Counted from the stretch's first letter, positions 1 through 12,100 are shown. The stretch: 64,000 nt of DNA from Dicyema japonicum (GCA_011109175.1 RDEW01000064.1:1-64000); one strand, 5' to 3'. A program made the numbers and translations. The notes: generated by a model not told the origin, from the letters alone.

Positions 1-210
1 CATTGGATACCTTACTCAGAAGACACCCAATGCCTCCCACATACAAAAGTATAACTATTCCATCCATCGGGATAAATATACATCTGCCGAATACAGTTTA
101 AAAAATAACTGATATAACATCCGAATGCACTTTTAAAAAGAATGTGTTCGGATTAAATAAGGTCGAATTCTTATAGACATATATATAATGAAGACTAACG
201 TCTAAATTAG

Positions 211-1151
211 ATGATAGTTGAGATTGTCGTATTATTTTTCACTATTAAATCAGGTAATTTTTATATTTTGATTAATAGCTCCTGAGTATCGTGTAGTAGG
301 TACAATCAAAGTATAAGCAATTAAAGTTATAATTAGAATTTAAAAAAAGTCAAACGTACTACATCTTTGACTACGAAAGGTATATAATGATAATTTCCGG
401 TAGCTTCTACTATTCCATTAACCAAAGGTATGATGAATGCTCATTTTAGTAGCTTCTACTACTCCGTCGACAGCAGGTATGATGAATAGTCATTTTAGTA
501 GCTTCTACTACTCCGTCGACAGCAGGTATGATGAATGGTCATTTCCGCTAGCTTCTACTACTCCGTCGACAGCAGGTATGATGAATGGTCATTTTACTAG
601 CTTCTACTATTCCGTCGACAGCAGGTATGATGAATGGTCATTTTACTAGATTTAACTCATCCAACAACAGCAGGTATTACGACAAGTAATTTACTTAAGA
701 TACTGCAAATGAATCCGAGAAATGTGTAATGTTTCGTGATATCCATTAGTTGATACTATTCTGCCAAAAGCAGGTATAGTCATGCATGATTCCCAGTCCT
801 TACTACTACTCCAAAAACAACGGTTATAACACCTCTTATAACTTCTACAGCAGGTTAATTTCATGTTAATTTTTTATACAAAATATATTTTCAAAATACT
901 GGTTTAAGTATATTTATGTATAGAAATTCCAACAGAATGTTTATTTATGAATTATATGTAGTGAAAGGGAACAACGATTCCGATTCAAAAAACACAGGTT
1001 TACGATCCAAGAATTTGGAAAAAATTGGTGAAAACGAAAAAACTACCTTTTCTAGTAAATTTAATATCAAATAGATAAATTATTTTATTTAGTGATTCCA
1101 GCGATCATTGTCATTATTCCTGTGGTCTATATTCTGCATAGGAATATTTAA
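211..1151 (+). CDS. Micro-exon-encoded type I membrane mucin-like protein (about 183-190 aa, 15-16 exons)
   Basis: Exons 211-253, 279-310, 337-379, eight 24-nt phase-1 exons (404-427, 453-476, 502-525, 552-575, 601-624, 650-673, 700-723, 750-773), 797-853, 924-938, 962-1054, 1075-1151; every intron GT-AG, 20-26 nt except 854-923. Spliced product: signal-like MIVEIVVLFFTIKSA, KKVKR, repeats ASTIPLTK/ASTTPSTA/DLTHPTTA, and C-terminal hydrophobic LFYLVIPAIIVIIPVVYIL before TAA. Confidence 0.75.
404..673 (+). repeat. Tandem 49-50-bp repeat whose unit is one 24-nt exon plus one 25-26-nt intron
   Basis: Unit cttctactactccgtcgacagcag|gtatgatgaatggtcattttactag present in four near-identical copies plus diverged copies on each side. 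Confidence 0.9.
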
Positions 1152-1989
1152 ACGAAAAAGAATAATGCTTTATTCAACAAAGTGGTCATTTTCTAAGTTA
1201 ACAGATTTATAATAATTTCAGATTGGAACTTGAATATCCAATTCTAATTTCGTTGATGATTTCGGTTACTAATAACATTACTTCTCTCTGGCTGTTATTA
1301 AAAAGTTAGTGAACTTGCAATTCTCTCGTTTTCATCAAGAGAGGCTTTTCCAATTTTTCATCCGCCTATCAGCTATTGTTAGTAAAATTAAGTACTTTCT
1401 TATTGAACCAATCTCCGAATAAAAATGAGGCCGATTAGAACTGGAAACCTAAATTCTTAGAAATCAACCAAACCTAGAGAGATCAGTCCTAAAAGACTAT
1501 TCGGAAAGCATCAAGGACTATAAACATAAGAATACAAGGTAAACCAATTTGACTGGAATCCCGACGACCTAAATTAAGATTTGCGAAACCTACACATGGA
1601 AATGGAAATTAGACTCAAAATGAACAGAGCTTGTTCACTTTGAGCATAAAACAGGCTGATCACGCGTTTAATTCTACAATTATCATCCTAGTGCCTCGTC
1701 AGTCATCTTCTGCTTCAGATTCCTAACAGACAAAAGATTGCATGTGGTATATTGGTAATATTGCCACTTGGTGAGAATCTTTGGCTCCCTTAGGTTAGGT
1801 AGCATTTGTATTAAATAATTGAAAAATCCGTGATCTAATACTTCCATGATAAGATATTGTCTCTGGCTTCAGCATGTAGGAAGCTCTGTCAGCATCATCA
1901 AAACGTACTTCAAAAATCAATTCATACGTTAGGTCCAGTTCATTAGAGTGATAGAAAACTTTTGATTTTTGCGTGTATATGATTCTAGA

Positions 1990-2200
1990 TGAGTTTGGTG
2001 GAATCGGCATCAACTCGTGTATTTTTAAGTTTTCCAACCACCGATTTGATGCTTTAAAAGTCTTAAAGCGTAATCTATGAGCAATGTTTAAATGTCGCAT
2101 GACATTATGGTTACATTGGTAAGTATGGTCAGTCAAGGCCGCTTTAAAAAATCACTGACTCTGTTAAACAGAATCGGGTTGCTCATCTCGAAAAAAATAA
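1990..2200 (-). pseudogene. Tigger/pogo transposase fragment (CENP-B-type HTH)
   Basis: ORF 1795-2136 contains FKASNRWLENLK, matching the FKASxGWLxxFK motif; no DDE domain seen. Confidence 0.4.
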
Positions 2201-2559
2201 TAAAGAGAATTGAGCGTATTTCTTGAAAATCGTATGGGGAAATGCGTTCTCGATTGCGAGACCAGCCAGTGATTTTAACTGTTAATTTTCGTCTTTAATT
2301 CGGCTAACAAATTAAGAAAAAAGTATAAGGGTTAACGATTGTAAAGTTTACTTTAGTGTAACCGTAATGGCATATGTCATTAAACCAAAGGGTCAATAAT
2401 ACGAAGATTACCACCTTTATTAATAAGCGGGCCGCTAACTTGGACAGTTAGAAGTCCATAAAATCATAATTAGGTCAATTTGTGCAACACTCATAGAAAC
2501 AATATTTATAGTTATTCTCTTCCATCTTCCTTTGTCGAATGCTAGTGATCTCAATTCGT

Positions 2560-2765
2560 CCACGTCCCCCGTCTTTAGATTTTTTTCACACGATTTAGAT
2601 TTTTGTTTAATGCAGTCGGACGTGTCAAATTAAGTCGTCCGCGGAAGAGTTTGTCGCAGCTGTCAAAGTAACCTTTCATTGCTTTGTTAGCGGGTGCGCC
2701 CGGGTTCATTCTTAGTACATGCCCAAATAGCCTCCACCAGGCATCTATCACATCTTTGCTGATGT
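2560..2765 (-). mobile_element. RTE-clade LINE 3' fragment
   Basis: Minus strand reads WRLFGHVLRMNPGAPANKAMKGYF, the same motif as the RTE copy at 26665-27528. Confidence 0.6.
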
Positions 2766-2769
2766 ACGA

Positions 2770-2990
2770 ACTTTTTTTTTTTTGAAGAAATTAAATAGGT
2801 TTTATTATTAAATGAATAAAAATTAAATTAAGGCATCTGAATGGCCATGCTATTTCCCCTAACAATAGCCAACGAGATATGTTCTCGGAACCAACCAGTC
2901 TCTCGCGGATCCTTGGTCACAGCTTGAATCATGGAGCCGATCTTACGAACCAACTCATCGGCTTGGGGGCCAATGATTCCTGACGTTTCC
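2770..2990 (-). mobile_element. CRE-clade retrotransposon 3' end with poly(A)
   Basis: Minus strand reads DPRETGWFREHISLAIVRGNSMAI, then an AT-rich UTR and an A-run (T-run at about 2770-2783 on +). Confidence 0.6.
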
Positions 2991-4860
2991 ACCGCGAATC
3001 AGGACTAACTTCCGGTTACGTCCGCATGGTGGAGGCTCCGCACGGATTCCAGGCCTGATTTTAAGTAAGATAACACTTAGAAAGAGGTACCTGAGGTTCA
3101 AAGCGAGAGCACATATGAGGAGAACCGGATCTTCTACCAGAAGAAGGTAAACTCCTTGAGAAGGGAAATCAGGATGGCGCTCATTGACTTCCAGAGCGAC
3201 AAATGTAGGAGGGCCTGCGAGAGGGTGAACCCGCATGGCCGGACTTCTGGAGTCAGCTGAAGCGCCTGTTGGGCAGAGGGGAAGAGTCATCTGCGCGTAC
3301 CCTGTGTCGTGCGGACGGTTCTAAAACCTCAGAGCCGGCTGAAATAGCGAGCATCTTTGCAGGTAGCTTTAGGGCAGTTACTGCAGTTTCGACCAGAGAA
3401 ATTCGTCGAGTTGACAGCTCGACGAAGTATAGAGGACGTCATCTCTACGGAGAGACGAAAACTGAGCCACTCTCGGGGGAGTCCGAAGATGGCATACATC
3501 ACTGAGGAGGAGGTCCGGGCCGCGATCATAAAATCGAAGAACAACGCACCGGGCCAGGACAAGATCGCCATGGCCCTTTTCAAGAAAGGACCTGGAAGTC
3601 TCTTGGCGACTTTGGTGAGGTTGTACAACGGTAGCTACAGGTTGGGTTACGTTCCTTCGCGTTTGAAGGAGGCGGAACTGGTTTTTGTACGGAAACCAGG
3701 AATACCTCCTAAATATCCGAGTAGGTATCGCCCTATAAGCTTGTTACCTGCCGTTGCTAAAATCTTAGAGAGAGTGATACATTAGAGGTTAACCCAGGAA
3801 TGCATAATAAAAGACACCCTCTCGGACCTTCAGATGGGATTCCGTGAGGGGCGTTCCTGTGGGGACTGCCCTTTGGAGGTTGAGCTCTCAGATTCGTGAA
3901 AGTGGTAAAAAGCATTGCACAACCGCGTTGTTCCTGGATGTGGAAAGGGCGTTCGACTCGGTCTGGCATGACGGCCTCCGTTGCGCCCTTGCAGAAGGAG
4001 GAATATCTCTGGAACTAAGGAGCTGGTTATCAAGCTTCTTAGAGGATCGGATGAACTACGTAAGGTATAAAGGTTGCCGATCTAGTTTGTTTAGATCTAA
4101 CCGGGGAGTTCCACAAGGGTCGGTTCTGAGCCCACCCTTTTTAACATATACATGTCTACACTCCCCCACCCGGCCAATGTGAGGACGGAGATGGCTGTCT
4201 ATGCGGACGACATAGTACTCTGGGATCACTCGTGGGAAACCAGATGTAGCGTGTCGGAGGATTCAAGTAGCTGTCAATGAAATCATACGCTGGTGTGGGA
4301 GCAGAGGACTTAGGCTGAGACCTGAGAAATGCAAGTTGTTAGTTTTTGGCCGCCCTAAGCGGTCTAATAATTTAATACCTAGAGTAACCATCTATGGGTA
4401 CCTATAGAGGTTACTGGGCGGACGAGCTACCTTGGAGTGACATTCAACTCCAAGTGTAGTTTCGAGGAGCACACCGCCCTCGTTAAGAGGCGGGCTGTGC
4501 AAAGACTAGGAGCGTTGAGGGCTTTTCAGCTGAGTCGCGATGCCTGGGCCAAAGTGTTCAACGCCATGGTGCTGCCTATGCTCACTTATGGTGCGCACTC
4601 CTTGTATTGGAGTGAGGAACGCGAAAAGTGCCTCACCAACTTGAGGAAGGTTCGGCGGCGGGCAATACGGTATTCTATAGGATTGTCTTATAGAGCGCCG
4701 CTGCCTGAAAGAGGATATCCGGATTTTAAGGACCCGGAGGAAGTTATTAAAAAGATCTTGAAACTAAATTAAAGAAGGAGGCACGGGGAAGCATCCCATC
4801 AGGGCGTTTTCCATCGTTTCGGGAAAGACCAGCAGGTTCTAACAGGCAATGGTGTCCAGC
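2990..4860 (+). mobile_element. Degenerate I/Jockey/R1-group LINE reverse transcriptase
   Basis: Frameshifted ORFs 3357-3785 (APGQDKI, YRPISLLPAVAKILER), 3844-4182 (FLDVERAFDSVWH, GVPQGSVLSP), YADD at about 4200, and 4437-4772. Confidence 0.8.
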
Positions 4861-4899
4861 AGAGGCAAGGGAATTCTTTAATGTCATGTTAAGACAGGA

Positions 4900-5270
4900 G
4901 TGCCTGGGGAAACGACCCGCACTCATTTTGCATGAAAAGGAAGACGAAACGAGGTAGCTATTCTCACAGCCTCATCATCCAACAGGTTTCCAATTTCGGC
5001 AGATGGATAAGCGTTCATCCAGGCCCCCGTCGAGTGATAACTGGCTGTTTTGAGGCAGGCAAGCCTTCTTACATCTTCCGTCTTTTCAAGGGACTCTTTC
5101 TTCTTTTCGAAGACACAAAACAAATAGGACTTTTGCTTATCACAATTGGCCGGAGCATTCAGGTACAAATTCATCCATTCATCCCAGGCTCCCGACGGCG
5201 TTAGCGGTACGTTTAGTCCGGAAGTAGAGTGAAGGACCGTATCCACTAAACGCCTTGACGAGCCGAACAA
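4900..5270 (-). mobile_element. CRE-clade retrotransposon fragment
   Basis: ORF 4923-5270: RRLACLKTASYHSTGAWMNAYPSAEIGNLLDDEAVRIA parallels the copy at 32372-32722. Confidence 0.7.
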
Positions 5271-5280
5271 AGATAAATAG

Positions 5281-5490
5281 GGGTTCTAGGTAAATTCATC
5301 GCCGGTAAATTCATCGCTGGTAATTCATCGCGAGGTAAATTCATCGCCGGTAAATTCATCGCCGGTTAATTCAGACGACCACGTGGGTTCTTGAAAGAAG
5401 TGGTCGAAATTTTGATTTTTTATATTATCATTAAAATGTAATTTTGGAGATTAATTTGACGATATGAGTCACGTGGCCAGATCCCCAAGA
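5281..5490 (+). repeat. Non-autonomous repeat starting with a (GGTAAATTCATCGCC)n array
   Basis: About five 15-bp units at 5290-5370, then about 120 bp homologous to the reverse complement of 9050-9190. Confidence 0.6.
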
Positions 5491-5805
5491 TAGAAGAAAT
5501 TTGAAAACCTCAATTCTCCAAATAGTGTTAAATTTTAATCAACGATGTGCACCACACGTGTGTGTATTGGTTAAAGTGATAGAAAAATTATTGATTATCT
5601 TACTGATTATTGATTAATAACTAGGGCAATTTAAGTGCTAAAATGCTATTTTTATTATTTATACTTTTTTAAATATACGATTGAATTTGGAATAATTATT
5701 TTTTAATTTTGTTTAAAAAAACATACATTATAAATGCTATAAGTGCTATTTTTAATTTTAAATGCTAATTTTTGTTTAACTGCTAATTTAAATTGCAGTT
5801 AATAA

Positions 5806-6470
5806 TGTGTTTACGGATTCCGAAATTCGCGGAGCACTCCTTCGGCTGAATAACAACAGAGCAACTGGCTATGACAATATTTGTAAGGAGTTGTTAAAAT
5901 ACGCACCAACCCAGCTAGCAGAAAAGATAACTTTCATATTCAACAAGATATTCAGGACTCATTGTTCAATTGACATCGCGATGGGAGTTTTACTTCCTTT
6001 ACAAAAACCTGGCAAACCTGCAGGTCCAATTGAAAATTTCAAGGCGATCGTGCATTTGACCACTTTGCGAAAAACATTGTCGATTACAACATGTTTTTCG
6101 AAAAGATGTGGAGTATTTGGACTCGCAGAAAACTTATCTCCTTAAATCTTCGGATGCGCTTATATAGCGCGTTCATACAACCAGTCCTATTATATAACTC
6201 GGGAACATGGGGAACATCAAAAACGGACCGTGAATGATAGACACATTTCATAGAAATCAATTGATAAAAATTGCGGGAACTAAATGGCCACAGATTATCA
6301 AAAAAGACACTCTCTACAAATTATGTACATGCAAACCGATAAGCAGAGAAGTAATTACCTCACGCTGGCTACTTATCGGACATGTTCTGAGAATGGACGA
6401 AGTGATTCCTTGCAATCAAATGATGGAAGATTACTATTATACAAGGACTACATTTTGATAATGACAAGGC
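5806..6470 (+). mobile_element. Internally deleted RTE-clade LINE fragment
   Basis: RATGYDNICKELLKY, LQKPGKPAGPIENFKAI (5807-6145) and RWLLIGHVLRMD (6234-6458). Confidence 0.75.
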
Positions 6471-6699
6471 AAATATCAAATATTATATAAATAAAAGAAT
6501 GGAGGAAAATGGATTTAAACTTATTATTGAAATGACTGAACCAAAAATTAGCTAACAAGATTATTTTTCTCTTTCACGCTGTCAGGCATCCTATGCATCT
6601 GTTGAAAGAGCAATTAAAATGCTAAAAAATATTTTAAAAAAAAGATAGGAACTTCCATCCAGACAATATCAGGCATTAACTTTTATTATATTACAATAA

Positions 6700-7200
6700 A
6701 TAAAATTGAAAAAATCCCATTTTTAAGTGATGAAAGGACATTTAAACAATAGAAGTCAGGTAGTTGCCGCCCTCACTGCGTGGCTGTTCCCTCTCAAAAT
6801 TGCGAGCGAAATTCGCTCAAATAGCCAGCGGCGTTCACGGAGATCTCCAGTGCATGAGGTGATCCGGTTTTCAAGACGTCCGAGAAACTCGAGTATAGAG
6901 GGGGAGTAGGATCCGGAAGTCTCCATAGCAAGGGGAACAAATTTGACATCATCGGGAAGGTCGACGTATTTAACAAGTTTGGCCTTCTCCGCCTTTACGG
7001 ATGCTGAACAGGCCCTTGTAGCACTCTCGTGAAGATTTTTCTGGGCGAACGTGTCTGTACATGTCACATCCCAAACCAGTGGTTTCCCGGCCTCAAATAG
7101 AAATATGGTCATCCCGTCCGGTCGTTTCCCGTCACTTCTGCATAACCCGACCGGTTCAAGAATGGCCGAGTATCCAGCGGCATCCATAGCTCGCCTGACA
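6700..7200 (-). mobile_element. CRE-clade 3' end (restriction-like endonuclease)
   Basis: ORF 6756-7187: DGKRPDG, LVWDVTCTDT, FVPLAMETSG, ISLAILRGNS. Confidence 0.85.
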
Positions 7201-7471
7201 ATTTCATTCTTCCAAATAAAATTTAAATGTTATATTTTATTATTTTAAGTTATAGATTTGACAAATTTAAATGCTAGATTTTATAATTTTAAGTGCTAAC
7301 TTTTTTAATTATAATTTTTGTGATTTTTTAGCGCTAAAAAAATTTTTTTAAGTGCTAGAAACAACTTGCCCTATTAATAACAAAGGTCAAACTTTAAGTG
7401 AATATTTATGATAATATAATTTTTAGAAAACAAGTTTATGACAATTATTAACAAAAACATTGTGTTAATTT

Positions 7472-8542
7472 CTAAAATGCTAAATTATAGGCAATGCTTT
7501 TTAAATAGTCAAGAATTTCGCGATTGTCAAAGTCATTTACAATGCGTTGAATTCTTAAAGCATTATCTCTGTATTTTTTCTTTTGTGTAGGACCTTCCCC
7601 ACCAGCAATATACTGTTCAATTTTAATTTCATTTCTTGCTTGTTCTTTCTTCAAAACGTCAATAAACTTCCAAATCGTAGGATGACACGCTCCAATTAAA
7701 GAATTAAAAGAATGATGCCATCCTTCGCAAGAGTTATTCGTTTTAGGCCCAGCAACTCTCGCTGCTTCAAAACAATTCCACAATTCATGGGCAAAACGTG
7801 GACAATGACGTACTTGACGGCGTCCTATCCAAATATCTTCTACATAATCCAGTACAGGTTGAGCTTCTTCTGGGAAACTGTTGTAATCGCACAAATGTTC
7901 AAAATAATGAACAACGTGTAATGTTGGGACAAATGTATATAATTGATTAAACAAATATGGGACTGTCTAAAAAGTACCATCCGCATACAAAAAGTTTGTA
8001 GTGGAAAGCAAATTTAGATTTTTTCTCGTTGTAAAAATTATTGTTCTGTTAACACTGTCTTCACTATCAAACAATAGAAAAAGTTCATTGGCATAAGAGT
8101 ATCTGTATTCTGAAGGTATTCTTAACTGGTCTATGTTAAGTGGATTAGGAGGGGCTTGATCTTTTGTATTTCTTGAATTTCTAATGTTTCTTTTAATTAA
8201 AGAAGCTATGGGTAGTCGGGCAGACACCTTCAGTGGCAAACCCACACACACTTCAGTCGTAATAATATGTGGATTATCTTGTGATGCAAGAGCTCTTCTT
8301 TTTATTTCTTGAGTAATTCTCTTTGATTCGACATATGCAGCATCACCAGCATGATTGTGTTCGTTGACTCTTTTAATAATGATGTCTCCCTTGGTGTGTA
8401 CTCTCGCTTTACATTTAATTTTGTAGTAGGATTCACATTTCCATAATGTGACTTCGCCATTAAATTTTTCAAAACAGTAAATGTATCCATCTTCAAAAAG
8501 TTTTCTCTTAATTCTATCACTCATTACAAATTGCAAAGCCAT
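7472..8542 (-). mobile_element. MULE (Mutator) transposase with FLYWCH domain, disrupted
   Basis: ORF 7967-8542 has FLYWCH-type WKC..Y..IKCKARVHT..HNH and LYADGTF; ORF 7472-7954 has TNNSCEGWHH and HPTIWKFIDVLKKEQ; the central catalytic region appears deleted. Confidence 0.85.
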
Positions 8543-9173
8543 GCTGTCAAGATATAAGAAATTAGCGAAAAAATATCACTTTATAGTAATCAATTATGAT
8601 AATGACGATAAAGTACAAAAGAATTCAAGGGCATTATCACCACATTACAAATGAATTCAAGGACATTATCACCAGATTATAAGCTACTTTATCAGTTAAA
8701 AGAAATACAATTACATGCAACCATTACTCTTGTGTTTAAGATAGAGATGAATACTGTCCTCAGCACTAAAGAAAACTGGCAATTTTATGTTTCAATCGTC
8801 GTATATAGATGAATACTGACAGAGTTATTTATTTTATTATTTGTAAGCCACAGGCGTACAATCTTTGGTAAGCCTAGCAAAAACAGTCATTGGTAATTAA
8901 TCCAAGGAGGGAACGCTAAAGAGAACGTCTGCTTGTGACAACTAAATTGATCCCGCCAATAATACATGGCAGGCATACGTCAACTTCTGAAGAGAGGTGA
9001 AAAAATAGGTCCTCTCTCTTCAGTTTTCATAGGTCCTACCGTCACGGATACGTGACTCCTATCGCCGAATAATCTCCAAAATCGCAATTTAACTATAATA
9101 TAAAAAATCAAAATTTCAACCTCTTCTATCTAGAAACCAGCCCACGTGGTTCTTTGATTTAACTGGGATGAAT

Positions 9174-11100
9174 TTACCGGTTACCTAAATAGGCGCCCAA
9201 AGCAACGTCCGAAGGAAGAGAAAGACCCAAACCACCGTAGGCTACAGGGAGTGAGGCCTGTAACCATCCGAAATCATCAAAACAAACATTAAGAATGGAC
9301 CCCATCGTCGACCGGATATCCATATCAATTAACGATAGAAGGTTTTTTTCGGCGTAGCATGGAGATCCCCGTAGAATAAAAAGGAGTTTTGTGAGAAGGA
9401 GACAATTCTTCAGCATAAAAAAGGCGACATGACGGTCCAAAAAACTCATCCTGTCGGCATACTGACGTAAATTAGTCCTCTTGCCTTCCAATAACTCCCT
9501 CACCCGGTTTACCAAAATCCCACACCCAAGGAAGTCGAGAGAATCAATGAGTCTCCCTAACCCCTGGGATGATATTGCAGAGTTTTCTATGAAAAAGGTA
9601 GAATGAATCGGAACTCAAATTCAGATTAATTGCTTCACACTTTTCATTGTTAAATTCCAGACCGATTTTTCCACACACACGTCTGATCGATGTCAGGGAT
9701 CAACTTTGGTAAGAATATCATCGGGACTTCCACCGAGAATACAATCGTCCAGATACCAGACGTTTAGTGGAGTGCAACGGTCCTGGGCAATATGGTCGAT
9801 AGACAAGGAAAATAGAAGAGGACCGAGTGGGTTCTCCTGTTGAACTCCGGATCCTGACGAAATAATTCCACTGCCAAAAACAAGAGGGGATGGATCCGAA
9901 TACGCGAGATATACAAAGGGATAAATCTGAGGAATCCTCCTCCTACAGGTATCAAGGACGGTGTCCCTTCTGACTGAATTGAAGGCATTCCGGAGCTCCA
10001 ATTTGAATAAAACTCTGTCCTCAACATTCAATTCAGCCGATTGTGACGCAAATTCTCTCACTGCGTGGATCCCAGCTTCACAGCCGCCATTGATTCCGAC
10101 ACCAAGCTGCGAAGGACAAAATTCGGCTGAAATTCGGGAGATAACAAAACGACAAGCCATTTTTGCGGATAAACGTTGAAATACGTTTCCAATTGCAATG
10201 GGGCGAATACCACCATCTTTCTTTCCGAGGCCCGTTAGATTCGCCGAAAAGAGGAGATTCCGACCAAAATCGGAAACGTTTCCGGAAAGCATGCGAGCTA
10301 CGAGATCCCGGGTTTGCTCCAAGAGTAGCGATCCAGGCCTGCCGATAGAATGGGACACCAGGTCTGATAGATGTTCAGGTTTGAGACCGTCAACTCCTCC
10401 ACTGCTACTTCTTCGGAAAGAACGAAGAGCGTTGTAAATGGCTGAAGTGGAAATATCATGCATAGATTGTTCTGGACGAACAGGTTTACAAAAGTCTTCT
10501 GGTTCTTGAGGATGTTTCTGTCCCAATATACAGAGTGTCTCCTGAGTGGCTTTCACCGGGTCAGAATCCGTACAAACAGTTCGAACTGCAGCAGTAATAT
10601 CGCCCTCCATTAATTTCCTCCTGACACGAGAGCGAAGCCTCTCAGGAGCCATACTAAACTGTTTGGAATTGGACTTTGGAAAGTAATCAACTGGGGAAAC
10701 AAATAAATCTTCAGCCAGGGACTCCCATGAATCCATAAAGGCACTCACGCGTTTCTTCAGGACATGGATAGAGAGGGTTTTCGAGAAGATGGGGCAGGCT
10801 TACGCTCTAACCCTATAGCCAGGACAGGGAAAAAGAAAAGAACCATCCAATCCTTTTTTGAGCCATTGGACACAGCTTTCTCAATGCAAGAAGAAAGGGC
10901 AGAAGCAATTGAGATCCGGGAAGCCTTGGGGATCCTGACAGGGATAATCTTCCTTTGTCGCGTGTTTGATAATAATACCAGAAAATCCACCGAGACATGG
11001 CTTCCAAAAGGTCTGATACAGATGATGATGACACAAAATGATCATGAGGTTCAATTTTAGTGAGTTCCAGACGGCAAGACCGGCACGACTACGATGGAAG
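9174..11100 (-). mobile_element. CRE-clade retrotransposon, RT region, degenerate
   Basis: ORF 9693-10748: SSGGVDGLKPEHL, GGIRPIAIG, QLGVG, NAFNSV, GVQQENPLGPLLF, WYLDD; ORF 9174-9515 QASLPVAYGGLG. Confidence 0.85.
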
Positions 11101-11164
11101 TGATCGAGCAAAAAAAATGTACGAACGAAAACACTAGTTATAAATACCAGTGGTTGATATTCTA

Positions 11165-11350
11165 CGTGGCCAATCCATTCCGATAAGCTTCTTAGTTGCC
11201 TTCTATGGACTGAATCCAGATCGGTTTCACAAACGAATTGTAAAACCTGCTTCTGATGTCAATTCCAAGTTTTTTGGCTTTTAGCCATCCTTTCCTCAGT
11301 TTAGCCATTGCTGCATTTGCCAGTGTTTTTTCCTTTATCCATCTTCCTTT
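11165..11350 (-). mobile_element. RTE-clade fragment
   Basis: AMAKLRKGWLKAKKLGIDIRSRFYNSFVKPI matches ORF 26665-27528. Confidence 0.6.
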
Positions 11351-11399
11351 ATCANTAAGAAAAAAACATTTTAGCACTTAAATTGCCCAAGTCATCAAC

Positions 11400-12100
11400 A
11401 TTGATGACTAATTGTTAGGACGGAAATAATAGGACATATTTTTAGGACATTTTTTAGGACATTTTAAAAAAAAATAGTACATTAGCATGAAATATTTTTC
11501 AATATTGTTTACATTGAAATTTCTATCTTTAGACATCTGTTTTTTCAAAAGGGAGAAAGATTGCTCCTCTGCAATTGAAGTAGCGGGATATTTTAGAAGG
11601 TTGCAAAATGTAATTGGATTTATTAATTTGTTAGTCATTTTAACAACATCCATTAAATCATTATTCTCATACCTTTCAATAAAATAATTTTCAATGTCCC
11701 CTTTACCGAAATAGAACCGATCTTTTCCAAATCTTAATAACTTTCTTTGATTGAATGCCGTGAGTTTTGTAATTTTTCCAAATTAGATTTTAGCATTTAT
11801 ATTTCGCAATTTCGAAAAGTTCATGAAGCAAATTTTCATTCATTATTGATTGCTTCACAATTGCAACTATAATCCCATCGTTTTCAAAATTGTTTACTAT
11901 GTCTTTTATTGTAACGAGATTTCCGGAATAATAAAATGCCGCTTCTAAGAAACTCCCCCATCTTGTGATAATTACATCTGGAAGTAATTTAATTTCATCA
12001 AACATAGATCCGCGCTTTATTGATTTCGAAAGAGAAATTTTCATTTTTCAATTAATTCATTAACTGCGGGATATTTTGGAATTGTTTTCATTTTACAATT
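11400..12100 (-). pseudogene. hAT-like DDE transposase remnant
   Basis: LLPDVIITRWGSFLEAAFYY and PATSIAEEQSFSLLK (hAT dimerisation-like SxxxERSFS). Confidence 0.55.

Larger units (their letters stand above)
5622..7373. mobile_element. Non-autonomous hAT-type element with TAGGGCAA termini and 8-bp TSD, carrying nested LINE fragments
   Basis: Left end tagggcaatt at 5622; right end aacttgcccta ending 7373; identical TTAATAAC at 5614-5621 and 7374-7381. Confidence 0.7.

Noticed and set aside
437-649. 70-aa ORF with alternating ASTTPSTAGMMN and FYYSVDSRYDEWS repeats
   Set aside because: Artefact of reading through the 49-50-bp exon+intron units; the spliced model explains the region better.
420-660. 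Possible CRISPR-like repeat-spacer array
   Set aside because: Units are near-identical throughout with no unique spacers, no cas genes, eukaryotic context.
1200-1480. Possible minus-strand micro-intron gene
   Set aside because: Needs a 30-nt intron and yields only about 40 codons; could be chance in AT-rich DNA.
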